Origin: Fimbriosthenelais zetlandica
Lineage: Eukaryota
NCBI GenBank assembly: GCA_977030845.1
Contig: OZ365112.1
Span: 11,098,001 to 11,162,000, forward strand
DNA length: 64,000 bases
Direction: 5' to 3'
The position numbers and the translations under genes were made by a program. The stretch's first letter is position 1. The number at the start of each line of letters is the position of its first letter. Of this stretch, positions 1-13,548 are shown piece by piece. Below the pieces are notes generated by a model that made no database searches, had not been told where the DNA came from, and saw only the letters and a list, made by a program, of their open reading frames with translations.

Positions 1-599
1 TTCAACGTGGGTGGAAAAGCACATTAATGCCATTTTAGACCCATAATATGTGGCTATAGTACAGTTTCTTTAAACATTCTGCTATTGAACAATTAAAGTC
101 CCATTGAAACCTCCTGAATATAGTTTTACCATTGTCCTTTTAAACCCAATATTTCTAACTGGGTTATCAAAGGCCAGCCATGCGTCCCACAACCTGTGGT
201 AAGAAACATGCAAGAACCATTGCTGGCCATTGAACATAGCAAGCCATTGTGTACAGACTGTTTTTCCTTCTCGTCCGGAGATAGCTGAAATGTATTCACT
301 CTGGCGCTTCACTGAATAATATCATACTTTCCATATACTACTTTTTCACATGTCTGTTTCCATAAACTACAACAGGTGTGGATAAAGAAATTGTGAGAGG
401 ATTTAGTGACCCTGTCTGATACCCTGTGTCTGATATTACTATCTATGTATGCCTCTCACGATATGACAATAGGATGTAGCTATAGTAGCGTCATATCACT
501 GTATTGCTCCTGCTTCAATTACTGGCTGTATTAATTGTCCACTGTAAATATTGTATGTTATGGCCGTTGCATAGACAGCCTTTAGATAAGGCAATCTAG

Positions 600-1076
600 T
601 CAATACCTTTTATTGTTCTCGAAGGAACGTCCATATAGAGCACTCGACCAGTTTACCGGGATTAGTCTGGAGGAATAGTCCAATATATCCTGTTTTATCA
701 ATTTCCTATCCCGATTTCCATTAGCCTGATACGCAAATGGAGACAGCAAGGTGCCATTTAAACCATTTTTATTAATTTTGAATCCTACAAATATAGATTC
801 AATCTGGCTAATGAAAATGCGTACAATATCATCGGATATCTGAGTTTTTAGCCTGTTATTTCTACTTTTCCCACCGAGTTTTCCTATAATCGTTTCTCTG
901 GAATATGGCCAGTCCATCACAGTCCTATTTAGACCAATTTGTGATCTAGTTCGTTGTTGAGCCAGGACCTCTGAATCAACTAAAACACTAATGCCATCCC
1001 CAGTGAGCCAACCCGACACACTTGTTGCTATGTGTAAGGGGAGGCCCAACACGGGGAGGATTTTGGTGGAACTCTG
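600..1076 (-). CDS. Possible terminal coding exon of unknown function (about 158 aa)
   Basis: Open frame with protein-like composition that starts right after ttttaaactgacag|. Its length is near what chance can give in 64 kb and no family was recognised. Confidence 0.3.
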   Translation of the reverse strand, partial: QSSTKILPVLGLPLHIATSVSGWLTGDGISVLVDSEVLAQQRTRSQIGLNRTVMDWPYSRETIIGKLGGKSRNNRLKTQISDDIVRIFISQIESIFVGFKINKNGLNGTLLSPFAYQANGNRDRKLIKQDILDYSSRLIPVNWSSALYGRSFENNKRY

Positions 1077-1632
1077 TCAGTTTAAAACATCTGGGACTTT
1101 TTTTTAGAAACACGCAGTCAACACGAGAGTGACCTTTGAAGCTGGAGTTATTCACTAGGGTAACATTGCCCCTGACAGAGCTATTTTTCATAGTTAGCTG
1201 CATGTCAACAGCAGAGAAAAACAGCCATGAATCATTGCCATGAAGGATGTGCCTGTCATTAAATCAGGATAAGTTCCTGTGAACAGATGCCTCTGCATCT
1301 AGTCTAGTGCTCACTCTCTTGATGTAGGGAATACTAAAGGATGGATACTGTATAATTCAGATATACAGATGTGTGACGCTTGTATAAGGCCTGCTCCTAT
1401 AGCCCCTGGTAAGGCTCAATCTCCGCTCATACGTTTATTCTACACAGATTTATTTTCTTTCATTACTTCTTTCAGAAGGCTGCATTTCGTGTGTCTCTAC
1501 TTACCGATTATTTACGCCTTCTCCTCAGCCCACTTTCCTATAATTCGAGGAAGAAAGAGTGGCATTATGTTCATTTTTTGGCGATAAAAGGCAAGTTCCC
1601 CTATAAGGTAAAATAATACTTGCATGGGCTCG

Positions 1633-1682
1633 TGGCGATGGGGAGGGGGACCATCGCCCCGCCCCCCCCCCCCCCCCCGCCG
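1633..1682. repeat. GC-rich hairpin (GGCGATGG/CCATCGCC) plus poly-C tract
   Basis: Perfect 8-bp stem followed by a long, nearly pure C run; possibly a MITE remnant. Confidence 0.6.
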
Positions 1683-2134
1683 TGCCTCTGGGTCGCTCAA
1701 ATAGTAATTTTTGGGACAAGGCTGGAACCCAGCCTTTACAAGGGATACGGCAGCAGACCTGATGAAGTTTGTACTTGATGACCAATAACGAAACACTAGT
1801 TCATAGAACTGGCATAATATATAGCTATCAATTGTAGCAGATTCTATAGAGGAACATGATTGTACTGGTCCTGCCCAGTTGCTGAAACATGAATCCATCG
1901 CCCAACCACGGGACAAGAGGAAACAATTGTGCCACGAGCAGAGCTATGTTAATTCATGCTCCTCAAGTAGGGCTCCCCAGGGTCGCTTTACCGAAGTAAG
2001 GTATGTAACATCCAGTGCTTACTGCTTTGGTCCACAGGGGAATTTCCCATGGAGGACACTACAGGCGTTGCTTATTGCACGGGCCATGCCATTAGATGGC
2101 CGAGTATGCCTTGATCAAAACTCAATATAGACCC

Positions 2135-2176
2135 GGGGCGGTTTCAAGGGAAATATGTGCTACATTAGCCCATAGG
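2135..2176. mobile_element. Partial copy of the short MITE-like family
   Basis: GGGGCGGTTTCAAGGGAAATATGTGCTACATTAGCCCATAG aligns with the reverse complement of the 57521-57607 element (GGGCACGTTTCAGAAGGAAGATGCGCTACATTAGCCCATAG). Confidence 0.6.
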
Positions 2177-5100
2177 CTCATCATTGGATGGTGTAGAACT
2201 TGTCCATGAAAAAGCCTCCAGCTGTCCCTGCTCCTCGTGGGAAAATGCTGTGATGCTTTCTGACTAAATATTTCACTGATAGAATGCACAAAATAACCTG
2301 TATCGCATCGCAATTTGCTAAACAATGTAAAAAAACATAAATGTAGCAATGGAGATCTTGCATTTAATCAAGGACGTCATTTTGCTTTGGTTGCTTTGTT
2401 AAGCCTAATTCCTTTCTCCAGATCCAATGTGTAATAGATGAATTTAATCAGGGTAATAGACCGCTAAGGCTTTTACCAGACCTGATACTTTGAATTTGGC
2501 ATGACTGTAGGCTAAGTATACTTATATGATGTATGGAAATGGTTTCTAGCAGAGGTTGCTTTGATGTAGCCATTATTGCCTGACCACCTGTGATATATGT
2601 CATTGAATAATGTAGAGAGACATTCTATGGCTGGACATCTATACATATGATCTGATTGTGAGGAATAACAGGTGGGATATTTGTGGTATTTTGGACGTGT
2701 GAAATTTGGCGATCAATGACTGGTTCCGGATAGCATAGAGATCAATAGACACGGATAGTGGGTGACAATAGACAAAGCAATATCATAATGGCCAGGTCTA
2801 GGCTTCAAGCTTCAAAGGTCCAATGGTATATGTCACTCAAGGGCAACAATAAGTGCTTTGGTGAGTCAGCCATTGTATGATTATTGATTGTATTCAGCAA
2901 ATATAAGAGACCGAAAGTAGAGGAAACTGCCTATCATAGCAGAGGCTTGTATTATTAATAATATAATGCACTTATAACCTTATGTAACCATAGCTTATGA
3001 AATGGCCCCCTGAGTAATATATATTATGGATCCAGCATGGGCTTTAATATTGTACTTAATAATGGAGCATAATGATGTTCACTAATCCCACTGTTGGCCT
3101 TGGAATAGAACACGCATACGATTGATGGATGAAATAGAATGCATGAATTGTTGATATCCAGTGAAGATCGATGGGTCATCTTCTCCATCATTCTGTCATC
3201 CTCTGATTATTTTTCGCTACTCACACGTGAATTTTTACACACCTCCATGTTCCATTGCCGCATGTTCTATGCTTCCTGATTAGTTTGAAATTGTGTGCGT
3301 TTCCTCTTCCCTCAATTCCAAAGATATTTCGTTTTCCCAGCCAGACAGGGTTTTTTTTAACAGATTGGATTATTCAAAATGCTTATTGCACTGCCTCAGG
3401 ACGGCTCGAATCTAGTATTTATATGACCAATTCCCAAAATGTTTAACCTATCAATTAGTTGCATTATTTAGTTATGCTATTTTGTATTCCTCCTTAATTA
3501 GATCGTTTAGCTCCTCACACCTCAGCGTGGAGCTATATGACATTGTACATAATTTGGACCAAGTCTGATAATGATATATATCTATAGATTTATGTCTATG
3601 CAAAGGCATATGTGTAGGTGAAAACATGGGAATAACTGATCGATAGCATCATCATAGGTGAGATGTTTCTGACAAGATATGACTAAATGTAGCCGCACAT
3701 TATTCATTCACACGTCCTCTTAGTACATGTTTATCAATAATTGATATGACAAATGGTTGACGTTTTATGATCCCTGTCACATTACAGTCACTCTGCCAAC
3801 AAGACCAGGCTTAGTTTCACTACAATATGGAGAGTTATGGCCATATATCACCCATAAATAGTAAGTTCTGTTTGCTTATTAATTGTTCATATAGTCCCCT
3901 AAATGATGGTAAGAATACGGGAGGTCGCTGGTTCAAACACCGAAGTGTTCCCTTTGATTGGGTGAGGAGGTTTTGCCACTGATAGTAATATTAGATAGGA
4001 TAGATAGTCAGTTGGTTTTGTCAATGATTGCATGCTTTTTCTACTGATGGTATAGGTTAGCTGGTTGCCTTTGTCAGTGATGGTTTAGGATGCTGGTTGC
4101 TTTTGTCTTCGTTTATTTATACCTATTTCCTGCTGACCCCAAACTGTTAAATCCTGGGCTCATGACCGTGTGCCCAAGTCACGTATGATTAGAAGACAAT
4201 GAGCTGTTAGTGGGGCAAGGAAAGCAGCTTGTGCACCTGTGTGTGAGCACCTCACAGAGTGTTCCTAATGGAGCCTATTGTCTGAACTCATGGGTTGGGC
4301 AGCAATTGATTGCCATTTATGCCAGGCTTTTGAGCACAAAGCTTCTATTGGCAGGCAATTTTGGGTCGATCAAACAGACGCTGACAGGTTGAGGTGGTCA
4401 TTGCAGGTCAAAAGAGCATCTCACAAACCTAGCTATAGTACACAGATGACAACCATTTTCTGGGTTCTATGATCTTGGTTATAACTGAATCGTAATTTTT
4501 GGTCAGATATCAGTAATTTCAGGTCATGAATCATTCATTTTAGGCCAAAAATGACCCTTTTGGATAGATGTACATGGCCTCTAAGCATTTTCTGTATGGC
4601 CTTGGTTATAACTGAATCTCGGCAATTTTGAAAAGATTCACATCTGAAGGTGAAAATTACTGACCTGTTTTTTTTCTTCGAAGATTAAACCTAATAAAAT
4701 TTGACAATCCTTAAATCAATGGCTCAACTTCCCTTGTGGACATAAGACATCAAAGAGAGGTGGGGAAAGGTGGTTGAAGCTCCTAAATAGTTCCTTGTTC
4801 CTTTCCCTTTGTCCTCTATAGAATGTGATTGATGTGTGGCGCCAAATCCTCGGAAGGGAAGGCCGCTCAATCCCATTACAATCCAACTGTGAGAAAGTCT
4901 CAGGCCCTCTCAGGGATGGCAAGGTAATCACTCCGCTTGTTGCACGCCACCATTTTCTGTTATGCCAACAAGGGAAAGGAGCTGAGGCCGTGGTGAATGG
5001 GAGGCCCAGTATGGAACAAGTCCAATTGAAAATGTCCTCTGAGACGTGCAGGAAAATCCCCTGCGAAATGAGGGCACGTTTCATGGAAATTGAAAACGTT

Positions 5101-8100
5101 CATATAATAATAGGTAATTTGCTTATGTTGAGCTAGTCTCGTGATATATGCTCCCTGTGAACATTCTAGTTTTTCATCATGACGATTTTTCGCATGTTTT
5201 CCCATAGTCCAAATGTTGAGAACTCACCTGTATAAATTATGGTGCAGCAGGCCCCAGTTTCCCATCTGGTAAAGACTGTCTTTGAAATTTACCCAATTGT
5301 CCAATCTATTCTCTTTGAAAAGCCTCCTTTATCCCTCTGTTCTTCACTTCTTTAATTCTATTTCAGGATCTTTAACACAGGTGGGATGTGTTTTGTGCCT
5401 CCAGGCCCCCGGTAGCCCATCTTTCATTTCTCCCTTCACTTTGCTACACTAAAACTACCTCTTCATCTCACCTGCTTGTCTCCTTGTCTATTCTTTATAT
5501 TAATGGACAATGGCTGAACTTTCAGGAGCTAGTTGAACGTGAATCTTAAGTTAAGACCCTATGTGTGTGTGAGAGCTTGAGGCCCTTATCGTCTTCAGAA
5601 CCTACAGGTGCAATATAGCTTAATACAATCCACATTAGTCTTCCTTATATTCTAACCTGCGGTAGATTATGATCAGGCGGAGGTTGATAATTTATTTATC
5701 AGATGTCTGTTTTCAAATTCTCGTCGGCCATATCCAGGTCACATGGTGCCTGGGGAGGGGTGACCTAGGGGCGGACATGGTCATCTTCTGCTACATACAT
5801 CATTCATGTCATCTCCTCACGGCTATCTGTGATGGAGGAAGCAAGCACTTTCACACATGCACCCGTCTCATGCTTCTCCTGGCTTTTCACGCCCTCCGGC
5901 GCCCCTCATATTCCCCCATCACCTCTATAGGGATCTCTGACATGCTCAGAACATCTTTTTATCATCAAAGTTTACCTTTACAATTTGATTATGAATATAG
6001 TAAGAAACACCTTTCCCATATGACCAAGCGAAAGATCACTAAGTTCTTGTGTGGGTATTATTTTTCGTCATCAAAGTTCTGTTGGTGGCTGGGGTTTTGT
6101 AACATTGCAAGTCTCGTCTGATCCTCTCGCATTAATTCGCGACATGGCGAGATCTTAAATAGACCCAGTCACCTCTCACAGACGATGGTTCTTATAGAGA
6201 GGATGATATCAAATCTACACTAGTGATTTTATTAGAGATGGAAAACGTGGCCCGAATTACAATGGTTTCATCCACTATTTTCTAACAGACTTTTCTTCAT
6301 GAAAGCCTCTCAGTGATTCTGCCAGACATGTTGTAATCCCTACCAAAAGTATGGAAGCCAATATGCCATGTTCCCTTCTTATAAAGCTTTGGATGAACCT
6401 ATATTTTTCATCTGCATAGCTGATAAAGAAAGGACTGCAGTATTCTATATCCAAGATATTCATTTTCACCCGAGTATTACTAAGGGATTTCTGACTTATG
6501 CTCTATAATAATATGTTGTAGGGGCCTGTTTCATAACAAAGTTTAACATAGTAAATCTCCACGTTCATGTAGGATATTTTCTTATGAAATGGTCCCTGGA
6601 TTAAATGATCCAGTGGAAATAAGAGATATTGGGCAGAAAAGCAATACCAGTCAACCCTGACAGTATTATGTGTTGACACTCCGGGTGGCAGGCAGTTGAT
6701 GGTCTTTCACCGATGTGTGTGATGTTGTACCAAGGACAGGCCGTAAGCTTCATTAATGTTTACTCGCTGGAAGAGGTATCGACGGAGCTGTGCGCGGGAT
6801 TAGTGAATGAGGAAAGTAATTATGTTTGATACTTGTGGTGCTACATCTAATACGATGTTAGTTTAGCTATCTCACTCCTCCCAATTCATGGCATTGGTGG
6901 GATATTAAGGATAATTGGAGGTTGTACATGTAGTATTAAAAGAAAATGGCGTAGTGAGGTGGGATAAAGTGAGAAGGGAGGAGTGAGTAAATGAGGGAAG
7001 TGGTAGAAAGGCATTTAAAATGGCAACAAGGAAGGAAATGTTGGGAGGGAAAGGGAAATTAGTGGTTAGATGTAGACAATGGGTTAGTTTCAGCATTGGA
7101 TCTAATTGCTTAGAATGCCACGGACCCTTTTCTCCTTGCCTCCAAATAAAATTGGTAGAATTTAAGCTGCGGAAGACATTTGCGGGAAAAGGTATATTCG
7201 CACGGAATTCTTCACTTCCAAATCACTGTTGGAACACGGGGAGCCGTTTAAAAAGCTCGGACCCTCTAATGCCTTGGTAAACGAAACACTAAACGCTGAT
7301 GTGGGCTGCTAGGGCTGAACTAGTTGTTCTAAATCTATTCTTTTGTTCATTTGCACGCGTGGTAAATATTTAACATGGATTTTACAGACGCTCCTGCACT
7401 CGTGTCAACACATGGTGGTAAAGGCTCTTCCCAATCGGTTGAAAATAATGATTGTTACCCCTACAAAGAACACGCAGAAAGATGGTTTTTCTACTCAATT
7501 ATGCAGGACATCATTGCCAGCATGTTCTAGCCATAAGAAGGAAAAAGTTACTGCAGTATTAGCCTGGGTGATGGATGGAAGGACTTTCAGTCCCGGAGCT
7601 ATTGGTTTAATGAGAAAGTGAAGGTTTTTGGAGAGTTTGGTATTAAAGGTGCGATGCTGGCCTGGCCTGAGGGGGCTGCGAGCTAGCCTGGTACTGGGAG
7701 GTCCATAATATAAAGACTTCCATTGGTATGACTCTCCCTGGATGGCTTTTAGGCCTTTCAAAGCATTCTTCCGCAATATATCACTTTTAATACAAAAACC
7801 ATTGTGCCTCGCATCAGCGTGGGACGCCCTTAAGACTGACTTCATAGTAATTAGCTATGAGTAGTATATGATAATTATGATATACGCGGGCACCGAGAGT
7901 CCTTCGCAGTCCATCCATCCCCATACATTATCTTTGAAATATCCAGCCCTTTAGCTCTGTAAATATTATATAAAGGGATTCATATGTATTCAATTCTTCC
8001 TGGCCTGAAGTCATATATCGCCGTTGCATGCGGAGGAATATAATATGGTGATGGTATGATCCAATGTGACATACCGCCTTTATACCATTCATGCCCCCCT

Positions 8101-8529
8101 TGACCCAGATATGTAGGCGTTTGAATGATGCCTCCACACACAGGAGGACTGGAGACATGCTTCTATGTCATTGTCCTACTCCATATACACGCAAACCTCC
8201 TCCTCCAGGGGCTGATTCATAAAAAATGCACTTGATATATATTCTTTGATGCAAGGATCCTTAAGATCTTTTTAATAGCCAGAATGTACTTCATTGAAGA
8301 TCCATTCTTTGAGACGGTCCTTCTTTGGCTTAATATGACAAACCAAATTTGCCGTATTTGCAAAAAAAATCAAATGTTGCAATCTATTAAATCTTTAAAA
8401 TAAAAATGAGGTATTCACCCTAATACAGACCCGGTTTAATTCTAACCCCGAGACCCCTTAGAAATAAAGACAAAAAGGGACTGAAAGAAATAAAGAGAAG
8501 CAATAAGAAAAGGAAAGTAGGATGTAATT

Positions 8530-8530
8530 C

Positions 8531-8563
<33 letters not shown>
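8530..8563. repeat. (C)n(CT)n compound microsatellite
   Basis: Directly visible. Confidence 0.9.
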
Positions 8564-11500
8564 CTGTAGATAAATCTCGAATCCTCCCCTGTTTCACTGT
8601 TTACTGTAATAATTAATGTAATGACTATTAATCCCTGATCATTTTTTCTGATACAGACCCAGACTGGCTATAATAAAGCATTGATAGCCAGCTGGCAGAC
8701 ACAGGTAGAGGAGAAGTGATTATAACAATCTGATAACTCCCCTCCTCCCTCTCCTTTTTACACTCATCATTGATTGCATACAGACAGGCCATCAGTGACA
8801 CCCACAGCTCAGATTAGTTTGTTAATACAGACAGAGAGATAAGGACTTAATGATAAGTAAAATATTCATAAGAGTTGTAATCGACTCTCCTGGGGGTACG
8901 TTTCAAAAGAAAAGTAGGAATTCACAGTTAATTCCCTGCTGTATTTCATCATTCCTATGAACCATTGCTGCCCTTTGAGAGGAGCAAGTTATTGTGCTCC
9001 GACAGTATGGTGTTTTTTTCGCGTAATATTTCAAAATAATTCCTCACTGGACTTTAAACAAATATTCAGATCAGACCTGTGCCATGGCCATTATTTTTAA
9101 GCTTTATGTCTGGGTGATATGTGGGATTGGAATTCATATAGGAGCGCCCAGCCTGGCCTGGGACCAAGTTTTAATCGGAACTAATTAATGTTTAATTGTG
9201 ACTAATTAATGTCATCAATATTCAGGCCCCGTGAGGTAAAGACCGACCAAACTAACAATAAATATGATTTACCTTTGTTTGCATCCAAGTGCCTCTTTGC
9301 ATCCGTACCAGCATTTAAAAGTTATAGCTAAAGAGGAATACATAAATGGATTACTTTGAAGATTAAAAATTGCGCTTAATTGGCGAATTTTTGATTTATT
9401 GATGCAATGGAACATTTTTATTATCCAAAGTTAAATTACATACGGGGTGCGGTGGGAATTTAAGCCTGGCCAGCAATTAGGTGGCCAGGATTTTTGGTGA
9501 GAAATATCGAGGGAAAAGGAGTGTAAAGGGGGGAATTAGAGAGGGAGGTACAGGGATAATGAGGGAGTAGATGAGAGCAGTTTCTGGGTCTAAATATAGA
9601 AGTATAGGGCATCAGGGTGAGCATCACCTGGGGGCCATGAAAAAACTATAAGGGTCTGATTAAGCCAGCTGAGCACGCTATGCTCAGGTGTCCCTCTGTC
9701 TACCTCACCTGCTGGATGGCCCATGTGCACATCTCTCTCATAAACTCAAAAAACATGGTGAAAAACAGCAACCATTATGGTTCTCCTACCAATGCTTACG
9801 GACCAAAGCATTGCATGAAGATCACAAGAATGTTTTTATGCTTGCTCTTTCATGCCCAGAACAATGAAAAATATCGTGCACAGCAGCTTTTCAAGATTCT
9901 TACATTTTTGTTTTGATTTTATTATTTGATTTCATTTGCGTTGTGGTTGGATATAGGGTGGTGCCTTATATATAGGCAGCTGCTTTGAGAGGACAAAGAA
10001 TAATATAAAAGGTAACTGTAAGAAATAGGATGATAATTAAGATAGAAAGATAATTCTTCTCCCTGATGGGAGGTGCGTCTCTGGTGCGTCAGGCAGATGT
10101 TTCAGATTTAATTATATGGACAAGATTAGAGCAATGCTTCCAGATGTGCCAATGATTGATTAATTTGCCCAGCAATAGTTCATGTTGATGTAGGCCTATA
10201 TATCAGACAAGAAACAGGCATCTTTACCCATATAGAACATTGTGGCAAAATGCAGGGCAATCAGTAAGGGCTTTATATTAAAGTGTGTACGTATGGTAAG
10301 TGTGAACATTAGGGGCTTCCCTAATGGCCAGCCTTAAGCCCTATGTAGATGGGATGCCCCCGATCAGAAAGCACCGGGTCAAAGAATTGCAAATTGCAGC
10401 CAGGCTTTCCTAAATGTGGGACACAAATATCACCGCCTTTCTTCCCAGCCTGTCTATCATTTCCCATCATAATTGTTGAGAAGTATTTGATTCTTGACCT
10501 TTATTTGATTTATTATACTTATTTAAAATCCCTTATCATCTCCGGATGCAGCTTATTTGAGGGTTTTTGTCCTTGGGCCTTGCATTATATAGAACCTGAA
10601 GAGACCTGAGACCATTGTCGTCAGGTTATGAAGGCATTAATGCTCCCCTGGGACAGTGGCCATCAAAACCACCCAAATGCCCTTTTATGGCTACCTTCAG
10701 GCTACATGAATGGATGATTTAGTGAGAAATGCATGCACGATCAAGCGAACCAGAGGCTATGATGCTTGACAGGTCTGTTGCTGAGGCAGGTGTTGATATA
10801 TTAGAGCTGAAATAATACAGATTGCCATGGGGTGTCTTCTGTCCAATGGGAAAATAGTGAAAATGTCTTCCCCCCAGTTGATCCCTGGAATTAGGTCAGG
10901 ATGAGGAGCATGCCCTCGGAGGTGACCCTGACTTCCAGCTTGATTAACTGCCGGGGTGAGCAGATGGGAGCAGTTCACATAACACGTCTCCTGACCTCCT
11001 ATAGGCAAATGTCCACTGGGATCTGGCTTTAGAGAACTTGTCCTTAAATGCCTGGACTAGTAGTATCATACCTGATTTCATAATGGAAAGTTTGTACATA
11101 CCTATTTACGATTGTAAATCAGAAAAGGCACCTCAAAGTGCTTCCCGTACATTTCAGGGGACATTCGTAGTAAACTTTTGCCAGATATTTAATATAGGAT
11201 AGATTGGAAAGGTCAGAATCTTGATCTAGGTGTTAGATCATGTGTATCAGTGTAGGTTTTCCTGACCTTCTCACTTTCACGTGTATCTGTTTCCGTCTGT
11301 TATATAGCCTCCCATGAGGTGACTGGTGCTCAGATTACAGAACACATTTCTGGCGTGAATCTATATCCAGATAGAATCACCAACATGGCATTGGATCGGG
11401 TGAGGGTGAGTCTCATAAAAATGCTAACAAGATTGTACATGGCTTTTCCAACCATAGGACAATATATCCATTTTTGAATTATTCTAGGGCTTATTTCATA

Positions 11501-13133
11501 ATGTCAGTACATTTGAAAATGGCCTTTTATTTGTGGAATATGATTGTCTTTCTCAGTGTGTTCCCTTACATTTATGTACATAGTTTGGCCTATTCGTACT
11601 CGTCATTGAGCTGTTGCATATATATGGTATTTCCGATCCTATACAGAATGTTGCAATGAGGCCTAGTCAAACATCACCCAGATTGACCCTGAAAAACATC
11701 AATTGTTAGGCAGTTTCCGTATTGCATCTATGAAATATGCAGGAGGATGTGACGCCGTATCCCGAGCAGACGTCCCTATCTCCATCCGGGCCTTGGTATG
11801 AATTCAAAAGTATCGCTATTGTGTGTCCAGTGGATGCCATAATGATGCTTCATCACACTAATATTGTACAGTTAGAGTGTCCCGAGACCAACCCGTGTGT
11901 ACAGTCCATTGTTAGGTCTGTCCATGTACTCAATTTACTATCCATTATCAACATAATTGCCCGTGATTTTAGTTACTTCTTGCCGAAGGTCCACATAAGG
12001 TTCCTCTGGGATTGCAGGATTTGGTGTGTTTTCTGCTGTAAAATACGATGCATTCACCATGGGTATCAGCAATTGGTTAATATTCCACACAAATTTGCTT
12101 TGACACAGCCCCCCATGTTCATCTTATTTTGATGAGATCGCATGCCATGAGACATTACTTGTCCTTGTGTCAATTTCATCCATAATTTGATGAAGTATTA
12201 ATTGCTGCATCGACCTCTTTCATTCTCGTCCAATCACCGGAAACTTGGCATCTGTTTACATAAAGAGAAATCTTTATCCCTGTCACTGCACAGAGAGTCA
12301 CAAATCCATATCTATTTCCTGTAATTTCCTCTCGGCCCGGCTACCTTGCACCTGTCTGTGATTAGTGCTGGCCATGAAGCATGCTTTCCCCTGTCCCTTT
12401 CTCGTCTTCCCCAACCTTGATTTTCCACGAGCTTATCAGGTGATTTATTACCTTACGTGCCAAGAAAAACAAATAGGACTCTCTAGGAAGAGATAAGTCT
12501 CTTCTTTGATCTTGAATCCTGCGTCTAAATAAGTGTTATTCATTTTGGATAAATAGTGATTACCCAAAGATGTACATTTCCCTTTCGCATGTAGTGAAGC
12601 TATATTATAGGATTTATCCCTGAAGTCCCAATATTCTGGTTATAAACATTTTGCTGGAGCACTTTTCCCACTTTTACCTAGCTCACACCTTTCACGCCTA
12701 TTTTACGCCCGTTTCTGGTCTTCCCTATCCCATTTCCTTACATTTTACCTAAATTGCTTTAAAAGTGACGGAAGAAAAAGGCAGGAAGTGGCTTTTAAAC
12801 TCGGTAGTTGTTGGAAAGGATTGCTGGCCTTGGACGCTGAGCTTGGTGAGAGCTTTCCAAGTGACAGATCCTCCAGTGGAAGCCGGAGATCCTCCCCGAG
12901 AAAAAAGTAAGGCGTATTTACTTACTGTAATAATGGGGGCTTTGCTCCATTGACAGTGTGAATGTGAGTGAAAAGTTTGAGCAGCTCATGCCAAGCCTGA
13001 GCCATTCAGATACAAACGGCTTTCTCAACCCCTCTCAACCAACCAATACCATGAATACCGATCCTTGTACAGGCCCGTATATATACACAAATATATTTGT
13101 GGGGTGACCATTTTGAAAAGCGTAGACCACATT

Positions 13134-13255
13134 TAAGTGGAGCTTGTCTACAAGACACTCTACTGCAAGTCAATCAATTGCTGCCAGAAAATGAAATGTT
13201 GCCAGAATTAGAAGGCAAGTATCAGCAATTGTGGAATCCCTTACCAGAATGTGGC
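13134..13255 (+). repeat. Partial tandem copy of the same dispersed repeat
   Basis: TAAGTGGAGCTTGTCTACAAGACA...ATGTTGCCAGA..AGAAGGCAA...CAGCAATTG recurs about 310 bp downstream in copy A. Confidence 0.75.
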
Positions 13256-13344
13256 TCCCAACACCAACCCGAGTGGTGACTGGGCATCTGTAATTTCAGC
13301 CCCGTCCTGTGTGGAGAGTAACATGGGTATAAAATTTTGCAACC

Positions 13345-13548
13345 ATTGCAACCCATGTATATCTAGTGGATATCTCAAATGACTTGGTACATTAATTGGG
13401 TACTAGCCAGGGACCATTGCCTTGTGATTCTTGCAGTGATTCTTGTAAGTGGAGCTTGTCTACAAGACAATCAACTGCTGCCGAAAAATGACATGTTGCC
13501 AGAGTCAGAAGGCAACATTCAGCAATTGGCATCTCCCTAAACAGAATG
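13345..13548 (+). repeat. Dispersed repeat, copy A (about 205 bp)
   Basis: Aligns by eye along its length with 58713-58927, including the exact shared block GGACCATTGCCTTGTGATTCTTGCAGTGATTCTTG and CTTGTCTACAAGAC. Confidence 0.85.

Noticed and set aside
3895-3945. GGTCGCTGGTTCAAACACC as a tRNA or SINE B-box
   Set aside because: No cloverleaf or acceptor stem and no clear A-box spacing; at most a decayed SINE head.
5669-6121. 150-aa ORF on the plus strand
   Set aside because: The composition looks random (rich in C/H/L/F/S), with no motifs and no supporting splice signals; within chance expectation.
7380-7800. GDGWKDFQSRSYWF...GAMLA / FHWYDSP as a C-type lectin domain
   Set aside because: The diagnostic cysteines and WIGL are absent, the spacing is wrong and the frames are broken; I cannot distinguish it from chance.
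6660-8200. FINVYS and YRLYTIHAP as LINE endonuclease motifs
   Set aside because: These are isolated short matches without the other APE motifs (GDFN, DH) in order.
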